From the NCBI GenBank assembly GCA_032718475.1, contig JAUCBJ010008888.1, positions 1 through 55,552 on the forward strand: DNA of 55,552 nt, in the 5' to 3' direction. Positions 10,301 to 21,388 of this stretch are shown here, piece after piece. The position numbers and the translations under genes were made by a program. The notes under the pieces were generated by a model. The model was not told where the DNA came from and did no database searches. It saw only the letters and a program-made list of their open reading frames with translations. Position 1 is the first letter of the stretch, and every line of letters begins with the position of its first letter. Source of the stretch: Nemertoderma westbladi (Eukaryota; Animalia; Xenacoelomorpha).

Positions 10301-13300
10301 TACACTGACGACGGCGAAAGCCAAGTTTCTCAAGAAGAGGACAGCGGGAAAGATATTGAGCGATCTTACTACTTTGACAAAACCTCAAAAGATGTAAGTA
10401 AATACAAGGCTCGAAACAACGATAGGAGAGAACAGGTTGCCAAGACCCCTCCTCAGTCTCCTAACAGAATGCACCGAAGAAAACCCGAAGAAAAAACGAG
10501 AGTGCATCAAGTTACCCAAGGTAAAGTGAGTAACATAAAACCTAACTGTGCGCTGTGCGACGGGACCCACCGTTTGAGTGCGTGTGCTGAATTTCTAAAG
10601 AAATCCCTTGTAGACAGACGTGCAGTTGTGTGGGACAAGCGGTTATGCTATAATTGCCTCAGACCAGGACACCAACGGCGAACCTGTTACTCCGACATAA
10701 AGTGTGCGAAGTGTGGCGCGAAACATCACATCTTGTTACACAGTGAGTTCGAACGAGACAAACAGAGTCAGGTAAGTGAGCCCGAACTACATGTCCAATT
10801 CAGTGATGTAAACGACACTGATCAGGAGTCTGAGATGGAAGGATTCTATACTGACGAATTCTCCGACGCCAACGAATCCTGTTATCTAATCAATACCGCA
10901 GTGTATCGAGCACTTACTTATGAAAAGGACACCAACAATGAGTTTCCCCCAACTACTTTTGCCAAACAACCATCTTGGAAAGTTCCAACTTCCAACGTAG
11001 GAATCAGAGAATTTCCTGTAGTACAGGTAAGAGTTCACGGTCTTAACAAAAGTTACATAGTGAACGCCCTCCTTGACTCCGGCAGCACAGGAACATTCAT
11101 CGATCAAGAATTAGCCGAAGATATCTTTGGTGGACAACCCAAATTCCGGACTAAATTGAATATGTCAGGAATTATGCAGGTTTGGAAATCTACCTTAACG
11201 GCAGATTACTATGTAGGTGTGTTGTCCACCCCCCAGGATAAGTTAGGAACACAAGGTATAAGGTCGGTAAAAATGGTGGCTATAAAGAACTTCGCTACTA
11301 CTCAAGCAGACCTTTATAATTGGGACGAGGATGAGAGCATCCAACATCTTGAGATACCTCGATTCCAGACAGATTATCCTGGAGTGCAAATCCTCATCGG
11401 CCAAAACGCGCACGAGGCGCTCGAAACATTAGAGAAACGGCCTGCTCAACCACAGCCACTGCAAACCTATGCAGTAAGAACTAGAGTAGGTTGGTACTTT
11501 ACTGGCCCTTCCCGCAGGACTCTCGAAGAGAGAATGCCACAAGAACACACATACCAAGTACACGATTGGGAAGTGGAGAGCAGTGAGGTGGACGAACTAA
11601 CTGAGGGAACCCCATACTCCTCAGATAATGATGACATCTACCAACTCTTCGATGAAGAGAACACAATCGACCTCCTTACAGAAAACCAAACTTGGAAAAG
11701 TCAGGTGAACCTATGTCAACTGATTCACCCATCGGAACCCATCGCTTACAATGACGAACTAAACGATGAGATAGAGCGCTACAACGCTAGAACTCGGGAC
11801 GAACTAGCTGTACGATTCTTTACTCAGGAACTGGTAGAGCCCAATTCATATGATAAGGCTCTATCGATAGAAGAAGAAAGAGCCAAGCAAATCCAGGAAA
11901 CAACTACACGTTTTTTAAAGGACCAAGGTAGGTATGAAATCGGCCTACCATTTCGAAAACGAGAACCTAGATTTATAAATAACAGACCCTTGGCAGAGAA
12001 AAGAATCGCTCAATTATATCGACGACTTACAGCTAATGAATGCTTCAGCGAAAGAAATGTATCAAACTCAGCTGAAGAAATTTATAACAAAGGGATACGC
12101 GGAGCGAGTACCGGAAGGAACACCAGTGACTGAGAGAGCGTATTATTTAACACATCATTACGTTCCCAAACCCGGTAAACCCCATGAAGTACGAGTCGTA
12201 TTTGATGGCTCTGCGCTATATATGGGCCAATCCCTCAATTCCGAGTTGTTACCAGGACCCAACTTACTCCAATCTTTGTTGGGAATACTATTAAGATTAA
12301 GACAATATTCCATCGCGTTCGCCTCTGATATAGAAGGAATGTTCTTACAAGTCAAGGCGCTGGATAGAGATAGAGACAGCCTGAGATTTCTGTGGTGGCC
12401 TGAAGGAGACCTCAACCAGAAACCGGTAGAGTACTGGATGACCATCCAGGCTTTTGGGATCATATCAAGCCCTTCCAACGCCTGCTCCGTGGTGCGAACC
12501 ACTGCGAATGACAACCGAGACTCCTTCTCCAAAGAAGTGATAGACAACATAAAACGCAATATATACATGGACGACAATTTAAGGTCCCTTCCATCAGTAG
12601 AAGAAGCCATAGCTGTCGCGAAAGGAACGGTAGAGTGTTTGAAAAGAGGTGGATTTCGACTGACGAAATTCACTAGCAACTCCCGTGAGTTTCTGGAAGC
12701 CATACCGGTAGAGGATCGCGGAGCGAAAGACCTAGACTTAATAAAGGACGATCTTCCTGAAACCAAGACGCTAGGCTTGAAGTGGGACACTGAAAGAGAC
12801 ATCCTGTTTTTTCAGTTGAAACAGCGAGATAATCCAGTTCGGACCAAACGGATTTGTTTAAGTATCCTGAGCACTTATTTCGACCCATTGGGATTTATTA
12901 GCCCAGTTATATTGATTGCTCGGAGTTTAGTACAACAGATGTGGCTTGAAAACCACTCATGGGACGATCCGCTTAAGGGAGAATTGTTGAAGAAATGGAT
13001 GAAATGGGAAGATTCTCTACCTGCCATCGAGAACTTTATAATTTCCCGTGCATATTTTGGCCATGTTCTTCCTACGTATTCCTATCAACTCCATGTGTTT
13101 GGAGACGCCAGCGACATGGGAATAGGTATAGTAGCATATCTGCGAGTCGAAACTCCGGATGGAATCAAGGTCGCCTTGGTTACCTCTAAGGCATTGATTA
13201 ACAACAAGTTAAAGGTTCCTCGAGCGGAGTTAAAGGCGGCTTTATACGCTACAGCCATCGGCCGGAACGTAACGGAACAAATCGACTATCCACTGGAGAA

Positions 13301-15433
13301 AACGGTTTATTGGACCGACGCTTTACTCGTGTTGGAGTATCTCACCAATGAAGTTTGTCAGTTTAGCGTTTTTGTTACTAACCGAGTAGCTATTATTCTT
13401 AGTCGCACAAAGATAGAGCAATAGGTCGTAGTAGTAGCAATATCGCCTCCAGGGGAGCAACTCCACAGGAACTGATAGATACTCCAGATTGGTTGGGTGG
13501 ACCCGACTTCCTGAGCAAGGAAGAGGATGAATGGCCTCCTCACCTTACTACGGCAGAGATTAGACAAGCCAAGGGAACGGAGACTGTCAAACCTAAAACC
13601 CGGGCGAGTAAATCGAAGTTATTTAAACCGACTATCGATCTATCTGTATTACATACTTCCGGGAATGATCTTTCGGATCCACAATCCCTCAACACAAATA
13701 AGTCTGTTGTGGAAATTCGAGATAGAGATTGGAAATCTGGAATACCAGACGTCTCGCAAGGAATCTCACCCATGCTGCAGAGAGCAATGCATCATTACAG
13801 TTCCTGGAATCGGCTCTGTAAAGCCGTCACATATTTAAGACGATGTTTTCATCATCACTACTCCAGGACGAAGACCACTAGTGATCACGCTCCATTGACA
13901 TCTGCGCAAGTTCATGTTATTAAGAATTTACCCAAATATAAGATATCTGATCGTTTTCTAAAAGAGAAAATTAGTCACCAGGAGTATGAAGAAACAAATA
14001 AACAGATACTGAGACTCCTGCAATGCTATGAGGATTCCGAAAAGTACTTCCTGTTGTTGAGAAATCCACAGATGCGCTTAAGGGATCGATTCTCGAGCAC
14101 AATGATAGATGGGTTAATACGTGTTGGAGGAAGACTCACCAACGCGCCCTTATCCTTTGACACCAAATTCCCCATACTTATTAGGAATCTTGAAGTACAA
14201 ATCAAGATGATTGTAGACGTTCACAGTAAACTTTACCATGCTGGTAGAGAAAGAATTCTTAGCGAAATTCGAACTCGCTATTATTTTGATAAACCCCGTA
14301 GAGCTCTGAACCAAGTTCTTAGGAACTGCATACCCTGTAGGAAAGCATTCAGTAGGCCTTTAACACAGCGAGAGGCAGAATTACCTAGGGAACGAGTAAG
14401 CTTCTATGAACCACCTTTTACTAATACTGGTGTAGATTTATTTGGCCCTATTGAAGTATATCGTGCGAGGACTATAGTCAAGAGATGGTGTGTCATCTTC
14501 GTGTGCATGACCTGTAGAGCCATCCATCTCGATATGGTGAACGATCTATCTACTAACAGCTTCGTCTTAAGTTTACGACGACAGATAGCTCGCTTCGGGA
14601 CGAGTAATACCATGAGATCGGATAAAGGAACGAACTTCATAGGTGCCAACAACGAGATACAGGCTTACGTGAAGGACTGGAACCAAAGACAGGTAGACGA
14701 CCAGCTAAGGATAACAGCGTCTAGCTGGACCTTCAACGCTGCCGACGCCCCTTGGTGGGGAGGAAGTTGGGAGAGATTAATTCGAAGTGTCAAAACCGCA
14801 TTTCACTTTATAGTGCCATGCCGCGCGTATCTCACCGACGAACTTTTGTGGACGTTAATGGAGGAAATCGCTGCCTATCTCAACGAGAGACCGCTTATGC
14901 CAGTCTCATCGAGTCCCGACTCCCTGGAAGCGCTAACACCCGCGCACTTCCTACTGAAGAAACCTGTAGCCATGCTCCCACGATCGGAGATTGCCGACGG
15001 AGACGAATACTGCCGTCGAACTTGGCAACTTATGCAGTTGCTATCCCGTCGTTTCGCTGACCATTTCGAGAAACATTATCTGCCCACGCTACAACTTCGA
15101 ACTAAGTGGTTTGCGCAGCAAGAAAACGTCAGCGCCGGAGATATGGTGCTTATTGTAGATCCAGACCTCCCACGTAAACGGTGGCAGACAGGTCGTATCA
15201 TCGAGACACACATTTCAGATGATGGTTTAGTACGCTCAGTAGAACTCATCGTCATGCGGCGTAACTTCAAGAAGCCAGGCATCATCTTTGAGACGCAACA
15301 ACTCAATCGCCCAGTTGGTCGTTTATGTTTACTGGAAAGAGACAGAGAACTCTCTGGAAACTACGGAAGGCAAGACACTCTTCCCACGACCACCTCCCTA
15401 ATTCCTCAAACATCTAGGGACTCCCTAACGTGA
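7325..15433 (+). pseudogene. Disrupted gag-pol polyprotein of element B
   Basis: Motifs: zinc knuckles, protease LLDSGS, RT (SDIEGMFLQV, YMDD), Pao RNase H-like (HVFGDAS, PRAELKA, WTDA), integrase HHCC and DDE (DLFG, SDKGTNF, WERLIRSVK). Lesions: TGA at 8351-8353 (Gly in element A), a 4-bp AATG duplication at 12035-12042 causing a frameshift, and TAG at 13422-13424 with a nearby deletion/frameshift. Confidence 0.93.
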
Positions 15434-15949
15434 TACGTCTGGAGTGGGTGTATGACTATATTATTTTATCTATTTTGTTATATTTTTATATGCGAACTTT
15501 ATTATGTACTTTATTATAATCGTTTTTATTCAATTTTATTTAGTAGAATGTTATTTTAGTGATTATTTAGTAGATTAGTGCAATATATTAGTGTTTATTA
15601 CGTACGTAATTACTTATAAAATATATTTAGTGCGACGGCGAGAAATAATTTTTTCTCTTTCCTTACTGTCTGTATCATATTATAAATACGTGACTACAGT
15701 AAGATGAAATGTCCGTACTTATTAAAGTACAATAAAGCCACTACTATATTTAAGTATTATTGGTAGGCAGAGTATTAGGAATGCAAAGTTCAGATCCTCG
15801 TGTCTCGGCTAAGCCAAGCTCTGGGTAGACCTTGGAAACGACTTGCCTCTTCACACTGACATTGCTTCGTGCGATATTGCTCTTCTACCTTATATTAAAT
15901 AATACATATAGTAGCGTGATGTCCCTCTAACAGTAGCGTAAAACGCAAA

Positions 15950-16250
15950 TAAATCTGTTAAACCTTTTGACCATCTGTAATTCTAGTCGATTAAGATATC
16001 GCGGCACCCACCGATATACTTGAAAGACAAATTCTAGAATCAATGGTTAAAGTCCCCAGACAAGTTCTGGAATAAATCGGTGCCCATCTTAAATATTAAT
16101 TTAATATTTATTAAAATCTGTAAAATTCAGATCCGTTAACAATTCTAGTCGATTAAGATATCGTAGCACTTCCCGATACTCTTAAAAGACAAATTTCATA
16201 GAATTAAGGATCCTATGTCCCCAGACCTGCTCTGGAATCAAATTGTGTCA
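15950..16250 (+). repeat. Two diverged ~160-bp tandem copies in the pol-ORF3 spacer
   Basis: AATTCTAGTCGATTAAGATATCG and GTCCCCAGAC...TCTGGAAT each occur twice, about 160 bp apart. Confidence 0.8.
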
Positions 16251-16560
16251 ATTTTAACATCAAATAATAAAATTCACGGGAATAAATTTAAATTCATATT
16301 TTTAAATGAATTTCATAAATTGTCATTTTGTACAATTTATAACATTCCCAAAATTCCATCAATTAATAGATCATGGGAGCGGAGATTCATCCTATTGAGT
16401 GTATTAGAGTGCGAGAATCTCCAACATATAGTCAATAGCCGATAAAATTAACAAAATCATGCATAAAGAGGATATTGACAATTAAAGAATTATTATTAAA
16501 TAGCATCCCAGATCTGTATGCATGAGAATTACCCTAATTCTACCGCTAGCATTCCATAAT

Positions 16561-16574
16561 GTCACCATAGCAAC
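16561..16574 (+). promoter_or_regulatory. Candidate RFX X-box upstream of ORF3
   Basis: GTCACCATAGCAAC fits the X-box consensus GTNRCC-AT-RGYAAC and lies about 480 bp before the ORF3 ATG. Confidence 0.45.
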
Positions 16575-16864
16575 ACCCACGCTAGAATTAGAAACAAGTT
16601 AAAAGAACAATAGAAAGCTTGTCCCATTGCCTAGCATAGAGAACATAGCACACTGTTAGTATCCAAGGATACACAGTAATAACGTGACATTCTGGAAGGC
16701 ACTGACTAACGGACAAATGGCCTGTGTGTGTGCAGTTGTTGACAGTTGTGTGGAATTTGTGCGTTTATAGGTGAATGTTACTGCTAAAGTATGTTTACAG
16801 TAGCTAGTCGCAATTGTAAAAATAGCCCAACTCTCCTATAGAAAGAACCTAAGTGGATCCAAGC

Positions 16865-16986
16865 CTTTGGGACGGACAGTGGAGTGACTTGTGCCGGTTA
16901 TCGTTGTCGTGCTGTTGCTACATGTTGGCGTAAACACCGCGACGACGGTACATCGGCGCTGAGAATCCCACTGTCCGGGGGCAAAG
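16865..16986 (+). other. Long imperfect RNA hairpin just upstream of ORF3
   Basis: Paired arms: CGGACAGTGG/CCACTGTCCG, GTGCCGGT/ATCGGCGC, TATCGTTGTCGTG/CGCGACGACGGTA, TGTT/AACA, GCTA/TGGC. Six G.U pairs work only on the plus strand. Confidence 0.75.
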
Positions 16987-17056
16987 ATAAATAGGCAGCG
17001 ACGCCCGCTCGCCTAAATACAAACTTATTTGATATTAATAAACTCAGATAGCAGAT

Positions 17057-20000
17057 ATGACGGAGTTAATAGAAGATGATCTTGGTATTAGGGAGCGATA
17101 TACTCTACCTTTACAAGCATTTGTGGATAGCTTAATACGCGGTGAAGCCGATCCAACCATTACGGAGGACGATGGTCGTTATATCGAACCGCCTATGTCC
17201 CAAGAGCAACTTGCGCGTGAATTGGACTATCGAAAATTCACCACTCGCTATACGAATCGTAATGGTACGTATATGGACTTCCTAACGACCGGCCATCCTA
17301 TCGATTTACATGATACGGACGATGTAGATACAGAAAGGGAAATGGTTCTATTTAAATATCATACCCAGCGGAGTCGTAACGATAAACCGAGAATAGATCA
17401 CGAAAATTCTATTCGTAATAGACTGGAAAGAGAAAACGTTGAAGAACCGGATAAACGCATCGACTTCAACGAATACTTAGAGTTTTTGAGAGAAACCTAT
17501 CTCAACGTCGCTAGTCAGCAGAACTTAGAGACTCGATATCCTCAAGGTATCCATCACGACCCTGTAGTAGAACTCAAACGGCTCTATTTCACTATGATGT
17601 ATCTTACCGCCGATCGTCCACTACCTGTTATCCCGGATAGTTTTGAACAAATGGAAGAATACTGCAAAACTGGAGAACGATCACCCGCGTTTCCTCTACA
17701 GGACGTGCGTCTTTGGTATTATTGCGACGAATGCCCTAGACCCAACCAACAAATTGAAAGACATAAACATCCGCGGAGACGTTGCGCTAAACATAGTTTT
17801 ACGCGTTACACTTACGGGAGTTTCGAGCGAAACCTGTTCGACGTACCGCCCACGATCACTCGTCTTAAACGATCACTGAATAAACCCATGATCAGAGTTC
17901 TGGAATACTCGGTCAGGCCTCCTCATTCCCTAGTGAGACCTCAAACTCTTGATCCTAACAGTATCACTGATCCTCCCGAACTATATTCCCTGTTCAAAGA
18001 CTTAGTGTTACCCGAACAACTAATCGGTGGTGCTCCGGTAGTGGGTTCGTTAGACATCCGCCCATCCTACTTAGCCGGATTAGGACGCGGGCAACTAATA
18101 TCGCCCTTTGATCCTTACAATCGTCCAGGATTAAACCCGATACAACCCGCCACGGAAGTCGAAGAGAGCGTTATAAGAAACGCTTTAGACGCCATTCGAC
18201 AGAAAATCGGAAAGGGAACACAAGATAGTTTAGAGAAACGTAAATTACAACAACAAGTCCAATCGGTGAAGGAGTTAGCCTTGCCACAGTTCGATAGAGA
18301 AATTCAAAACCTCGAGGAAGACATCGAGCTTGGACGTACGTATTCTCTACAAGAATTTTTAGATGAACGCTTACAGAGACAAGCGGAAGAAAATCTAATC
18401 GAAGAGAAACACACGAAACTGGAAGAAAGAGAAGAAGCCGCTTTAGCCCAACCTGAAGCTCAAATCCTCATGACCGACCTCTACTCTAAAACTGTTCGTC
18501 ATCCCTCTATGATTCCACATTTCGGAGACAAGCTCTTAGCGACGATACAACCTCAACCAGTTGATATCAGTACAGGATCGCAAAACCTTATCGCTGACGC
18601 CCCTATGTTACAGCGTCCGCCGATCGAGGCCGCTCGTGTTGACGGTATACTCGTTGAACCTCCGGACAATCGAGCGGATCTTGTCCGTCGTATGGTACAC
18701 GATGTCAACATACGCGCTAGACCTTTACAGAACTCGTTTTACGGGATTAAAGACCACCCTTATTACGTTAATCTGACTCAATATTACATGGTAAAACCAG
18801 AAGACCCGACACATGATTTAAAGTTTCTACCACTAATAAATCCTCTAGACATTGTCGAACTCGAACAATTGCAGAAACATCTGGATCAGTTAGTAAAGGT
18901 AAACTCATTTAGAAAACCATATAACATTTCGCGAATCGAGAAAGATATAGAACCTCCTTATAACCTCGATGGATTTATTAAAACTCGATTAGTCCATTGG
19001 AATCTAGATGTATTATTTGAAGAAGAGAAAATACAAAGATATGGAACTGTGGAGACGTATACCACTCGGCATATGAAGTATAGTGATCTCCCTGACGCTA
19101 ACCAATGCGCCACCTTGTGGCATCCAGTAGGGATGACCCTAGAGAACGCCACCAAGGAGTGGAATGAAACTCTTAATGTTATTGAGATGTATGGAGTTGT
19201 CACCTACGATAATGAAGGTAGCGTTCCGGTCGGAGAGCTAGGAACTACGCGCATGATCCACATCCGCGGATTAGCTGGTTCTACTCACGTGTTTACTCGA
19301 GCGTGTTCCGACTTGATTGATTATTCTTTTGAAACTCTCACCGAAACCCAAAAGAATCTCCGACATGGACAATTCGAACTCGCGCAGCATTACGTCATTG
19401 ACACCGAACGCAAACCGGCCATGGGCATCGATGGATCGATGTTACCCCAGCCCGTACTCGAAATGTTGTTCAACGAAAGAATCCTTAAAATCGGCTCAGC
19501 TGTTTATGGAGATCTCCAAAACGACTTTCGGAATATGGAGGACATTCCATACCCTTTTGTTGATACTCAGCTGATTGCTCCCTGGGCAGAAGGTCGAGGT
19601 TTCTTCCGCACCACGTATGCTAATACGTCTAGCAACATTACCAAGGTGCAACGAACCTCCATCGGACATCTTGCCTTTCAGGAATACGGATGGAATTTCA
19701 AAGTCGGAAATCCCATTAACTATCAACAGGTATACGGAGACCATTATTCTCGATTATACTTTGATGGACCATTGACCGCACCTGGCGCCGTGTATAGCTT
19801 CATGAGTGTTCCACTCCGTCCCTCCTTAGCTATATACACGATCTTTGAAAACACCGCACTTGCCGGTTGGCTAGCCGATGTGTGCAGTCGTACTATACGC
19901 GCCCATCCATTAATACTTGGGACCAAACTCGCTAAGCTAGATGAACATAATAAATTCATCCGTTTCGAATGTTTCCGGCGATTTTTAACCCCGTTTCGCA

Positions 20001-21310
20001 ACGTGGATAGCCAATTTAAAGACCGCGCTTTGACCAAACTCAGCCTAAGAAACTCAGCTGCAGAGAAGTTGGATAGCGCTGGATTCGCCATTTTCCAAGA
20101 GATTTGTATATCGAACTTGCACTCCTCAGTTATACAAAGACCTCGAATCCCCACAGGTTATTCTGTCGTGGAAATTCAGACGATAGGTCCACCTGAAGAG
20201 ACAGACACGCCCACTTCAGCTATGCACTTGGAAGACGAACCAATATGTCTAGAATCTGAAGAGATTCAGCCTATCGAGCCCCGGACCAGCGACAACGATT
20301 ACATCATAGAATGGTATCAAGGTCCACAGTGTCTCACTGCGTACGATTATCGACATGCCAACTATGTTTCTAGGCAACGTTGTCGGTTATGCGCATCGAG
20401 AGACCACGATACGCCCATGGACACCAACGTCCGCTGTTCCTATTTCCAAGAACAACCGACTATGGAAATTTATTGCGCATATTGCAGACTCAATAACCTG
20501 CATATCTTTGCGGTTTGCCCTCAATTTATGACTCAATGTCACCATTGTCAACTAAAGGGACATGCTAGTTTCGACTGCCCTTTTAATCACGATTTGGAAA
20601 GCGTAGATGAAATGATCACACTGCGTTACATCAGAGCTTGGGAAGCGAACGCTGATTTACATTGTGATTCGCGCCATCGCTATTATCCCGGACGCGCTTA
20701 CGAAGGAGTTTATGCGTTCCATCCTTATCTATTCGCTTCTGTTGAACAGAAATCACGCATATCAAGTTACGAGCTACTGAAGCGCGTCGGAGAATGTATT
20801 TCAACTAAATTCGTACGCAAATTTCTCAGGAGTGTTAATCCTAGCGACCTTCATTCCTATAACTTAATCAATTATATCCGTCAGGATCCGGACTATGGAG
20901 ACTTGTTTGTTAACTCACACCCCGAGTTGCAGGAAGTACATCGAAGGCCTTATGAATACCGAGCCCGCGAACGCGAGTTGGAAAGGACCATTAAACCCCG
21001 GAAGTTTCTAACTGCCTATGGTCCACCCACGGCCCTCGTTCAGACCACTCGTAAAGGACCCGTAAGAGCGGCTGTCTTGAAACGAGCTCTCAAAGCCGTT
21101 AGACCCCTCTCCCCGGACGTTGATGTCAATCAACCCGGTACTTCGACCGGCGGATATACCGATCGCAATCCCATACCTTCTGATGCAATCATATTGCACC
21201 CTTCACCCAGGAGTTATAGCCCTCCTCGTAAAGTGGCTCGCCCCAAAGAGAAAAGGACTCTTGCTAGCTTTAAAAAACTGCGTAAACGCCGTCCGCGCAA
21301 GAAAGACTAA
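17057..21310 (+). CDS. Retrotransposon accessory ORF3, 1417 aa: DnaQ/DEDDy-like 3'-5' exonuclease domain, zinc knuckles, basic C-terminus
   Basis: Uninterrupted 4.25-kb ORF inside element B. ExoI VVTYDNE (D718, E720); LPQPVLEMLFNERILKIG leading to ExoII D819; FVDTQLIA; ExoIII-like PLRPSLAIYTIFE (Y927, E931). Three Cys/His knuckles at 20381-20578, including canonical CHHCQLKGHASFDC. Ends KKLRKRRPRKKD. No signal peptide or transmembrane segment seen. Confidence 0.8.
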   Translation: MTELIEDDLGIRERYTLPLQAFVDSLIRGEADPTITEDDGRYIEPPMSQEQLARELDYRKFTTRYTNRNGTYMDFLTTGHPIDLHDTDDVDTEREMVLFKYHTQRSRNDKPRIDHENSIRNRLERENVEEPDKRIDFNEYLEFLRETYLNVASQQNLETRYPQGIHHDPVVELKRLYFTMMYLTADRPLPVIPDSFEQMEEYCKTGERSPAFPLQDVRLWYYCDECPRPNQQIERHKHPRRRCAKHSFTRYTYGSFERNLFDVPPTITRLKRSLNKPMIRVLEYSVRPPHSLVRPQTLDPNSITDPPELYSLFKDLVLPEQLIGGAPVVGSLDIRPSYLAGLGRGQLISPFDPYNRPGLNPIQPATEVEESVIRNALDAIRQKIGKGTQDSLEKRKLQQQVQSVKELALPQFDREIQNLEEDIELGRTYSLQEFLDERLQRQAEENLIEEKHTKLEEREEAALAQPEAQILMTDLYSKTVRHPSMIPHFGDKLLATIQPQPVDISTGSQNLIADAPMLQRPPIEAARVDGILVEPPDNRADLVRRMVHDVNIRARPLQNSFYGIKDHPYYVNLTQYYMVKPEDPTHDLKFLPLINPLDIVELEQLQKHLDQLVKVNSFRKPYNISRIEKDIEPPYNLDGFIKTRLVHWNLDVLFEEEKIQRYGTVETYTTRHMKYSDLPDANQCATLWHPVGMTLENATKEWNETLNVIEMYGVVTYDNEGSVPVGELGTTRMIHIRGLAGSTHVFTRACSDLIDYSFETLTETQKNLRHGQFELAQHYVIDTERKPAMGIDGSMLPQPVLEMLFNERILKIGSAVYGDLQNDFRNMEDIPYPFVDTQLIAPWAEGRGFFRTTYANTSSNITKVQRTSIGHLAFQEYGWNFKVGNPINYQQVYGDHYSRLYFDGPLTAPGAVYSFMSVPLRPSLAIYTIFENTALAGWLADVCSRTIRAHPLILGTKLAKLDEHNKFIRFECFRRFLTPFRNVDSQFKDRALTKLSLRNSAAEKLDSAGFAIFQEICISNLHSSVIQRPRIPTGYSVVEIQTIGPPEETDTPTSAMHLEDEPICLESEEIQPIEPRTSDNDYIIEWYQGPQCLTAYDYRHANYVSRQRCRLCASRDHDTPMDTNVRCSYFQEQPTMEIYCAYCRLNNLHIFAVCPQFMTQCHHCQLKGHASFDCPFNHDLESVDEMITLRYIRAWEANADLHCDSRHRYYPGRAYEGVYAFHPYLFASVEQKSRISSYELLKRVGECISTKFVRKFLRSVNPSDLHSYNLINYIRQDPDYGDLFVNSHPELQEVHRRPYEYRARERELERTIKPRKFLTAYGPPTALVQTTRKGPVRAAVLKRALKAVRPLSPDVDVNQPGTSTGGYTDRNPIPSDAIILHPSPRSYSPPRKVARPKEKRTLASFKKLRKRRPRKKD

Positions 21311-21380
21311 CTGTTTAGAGTATTTACGTATATTAGAAACTGTGATTTTGTATATTTTATAGACTCAAATCCCATTTTCT

Positions 21381-21388
21381 GGGAGCGG
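21381..21388 (+). other. Polypurine tract of element B
   Basis: GGGAGCGG immediately precedes the TG of the 3' LTR. Confidence 0.75.

Noticed and set aside
12030-12050. Programmed ribosomal frameshift between ORFs 8384..12133 and 12036..13424
   Set aside because: Removing one copy of the AATG-AATG duplication restores a single frame; there is no slippery heptamer, and BEL/Pao elements usually have one ORF.
17057-21310. ORF3 as an envelope gene
   Set aside because: It occupies the env position but shows no signal peptide, transmembrane helix or fusion-protein features; nuclease and knuckle motifs fit better.
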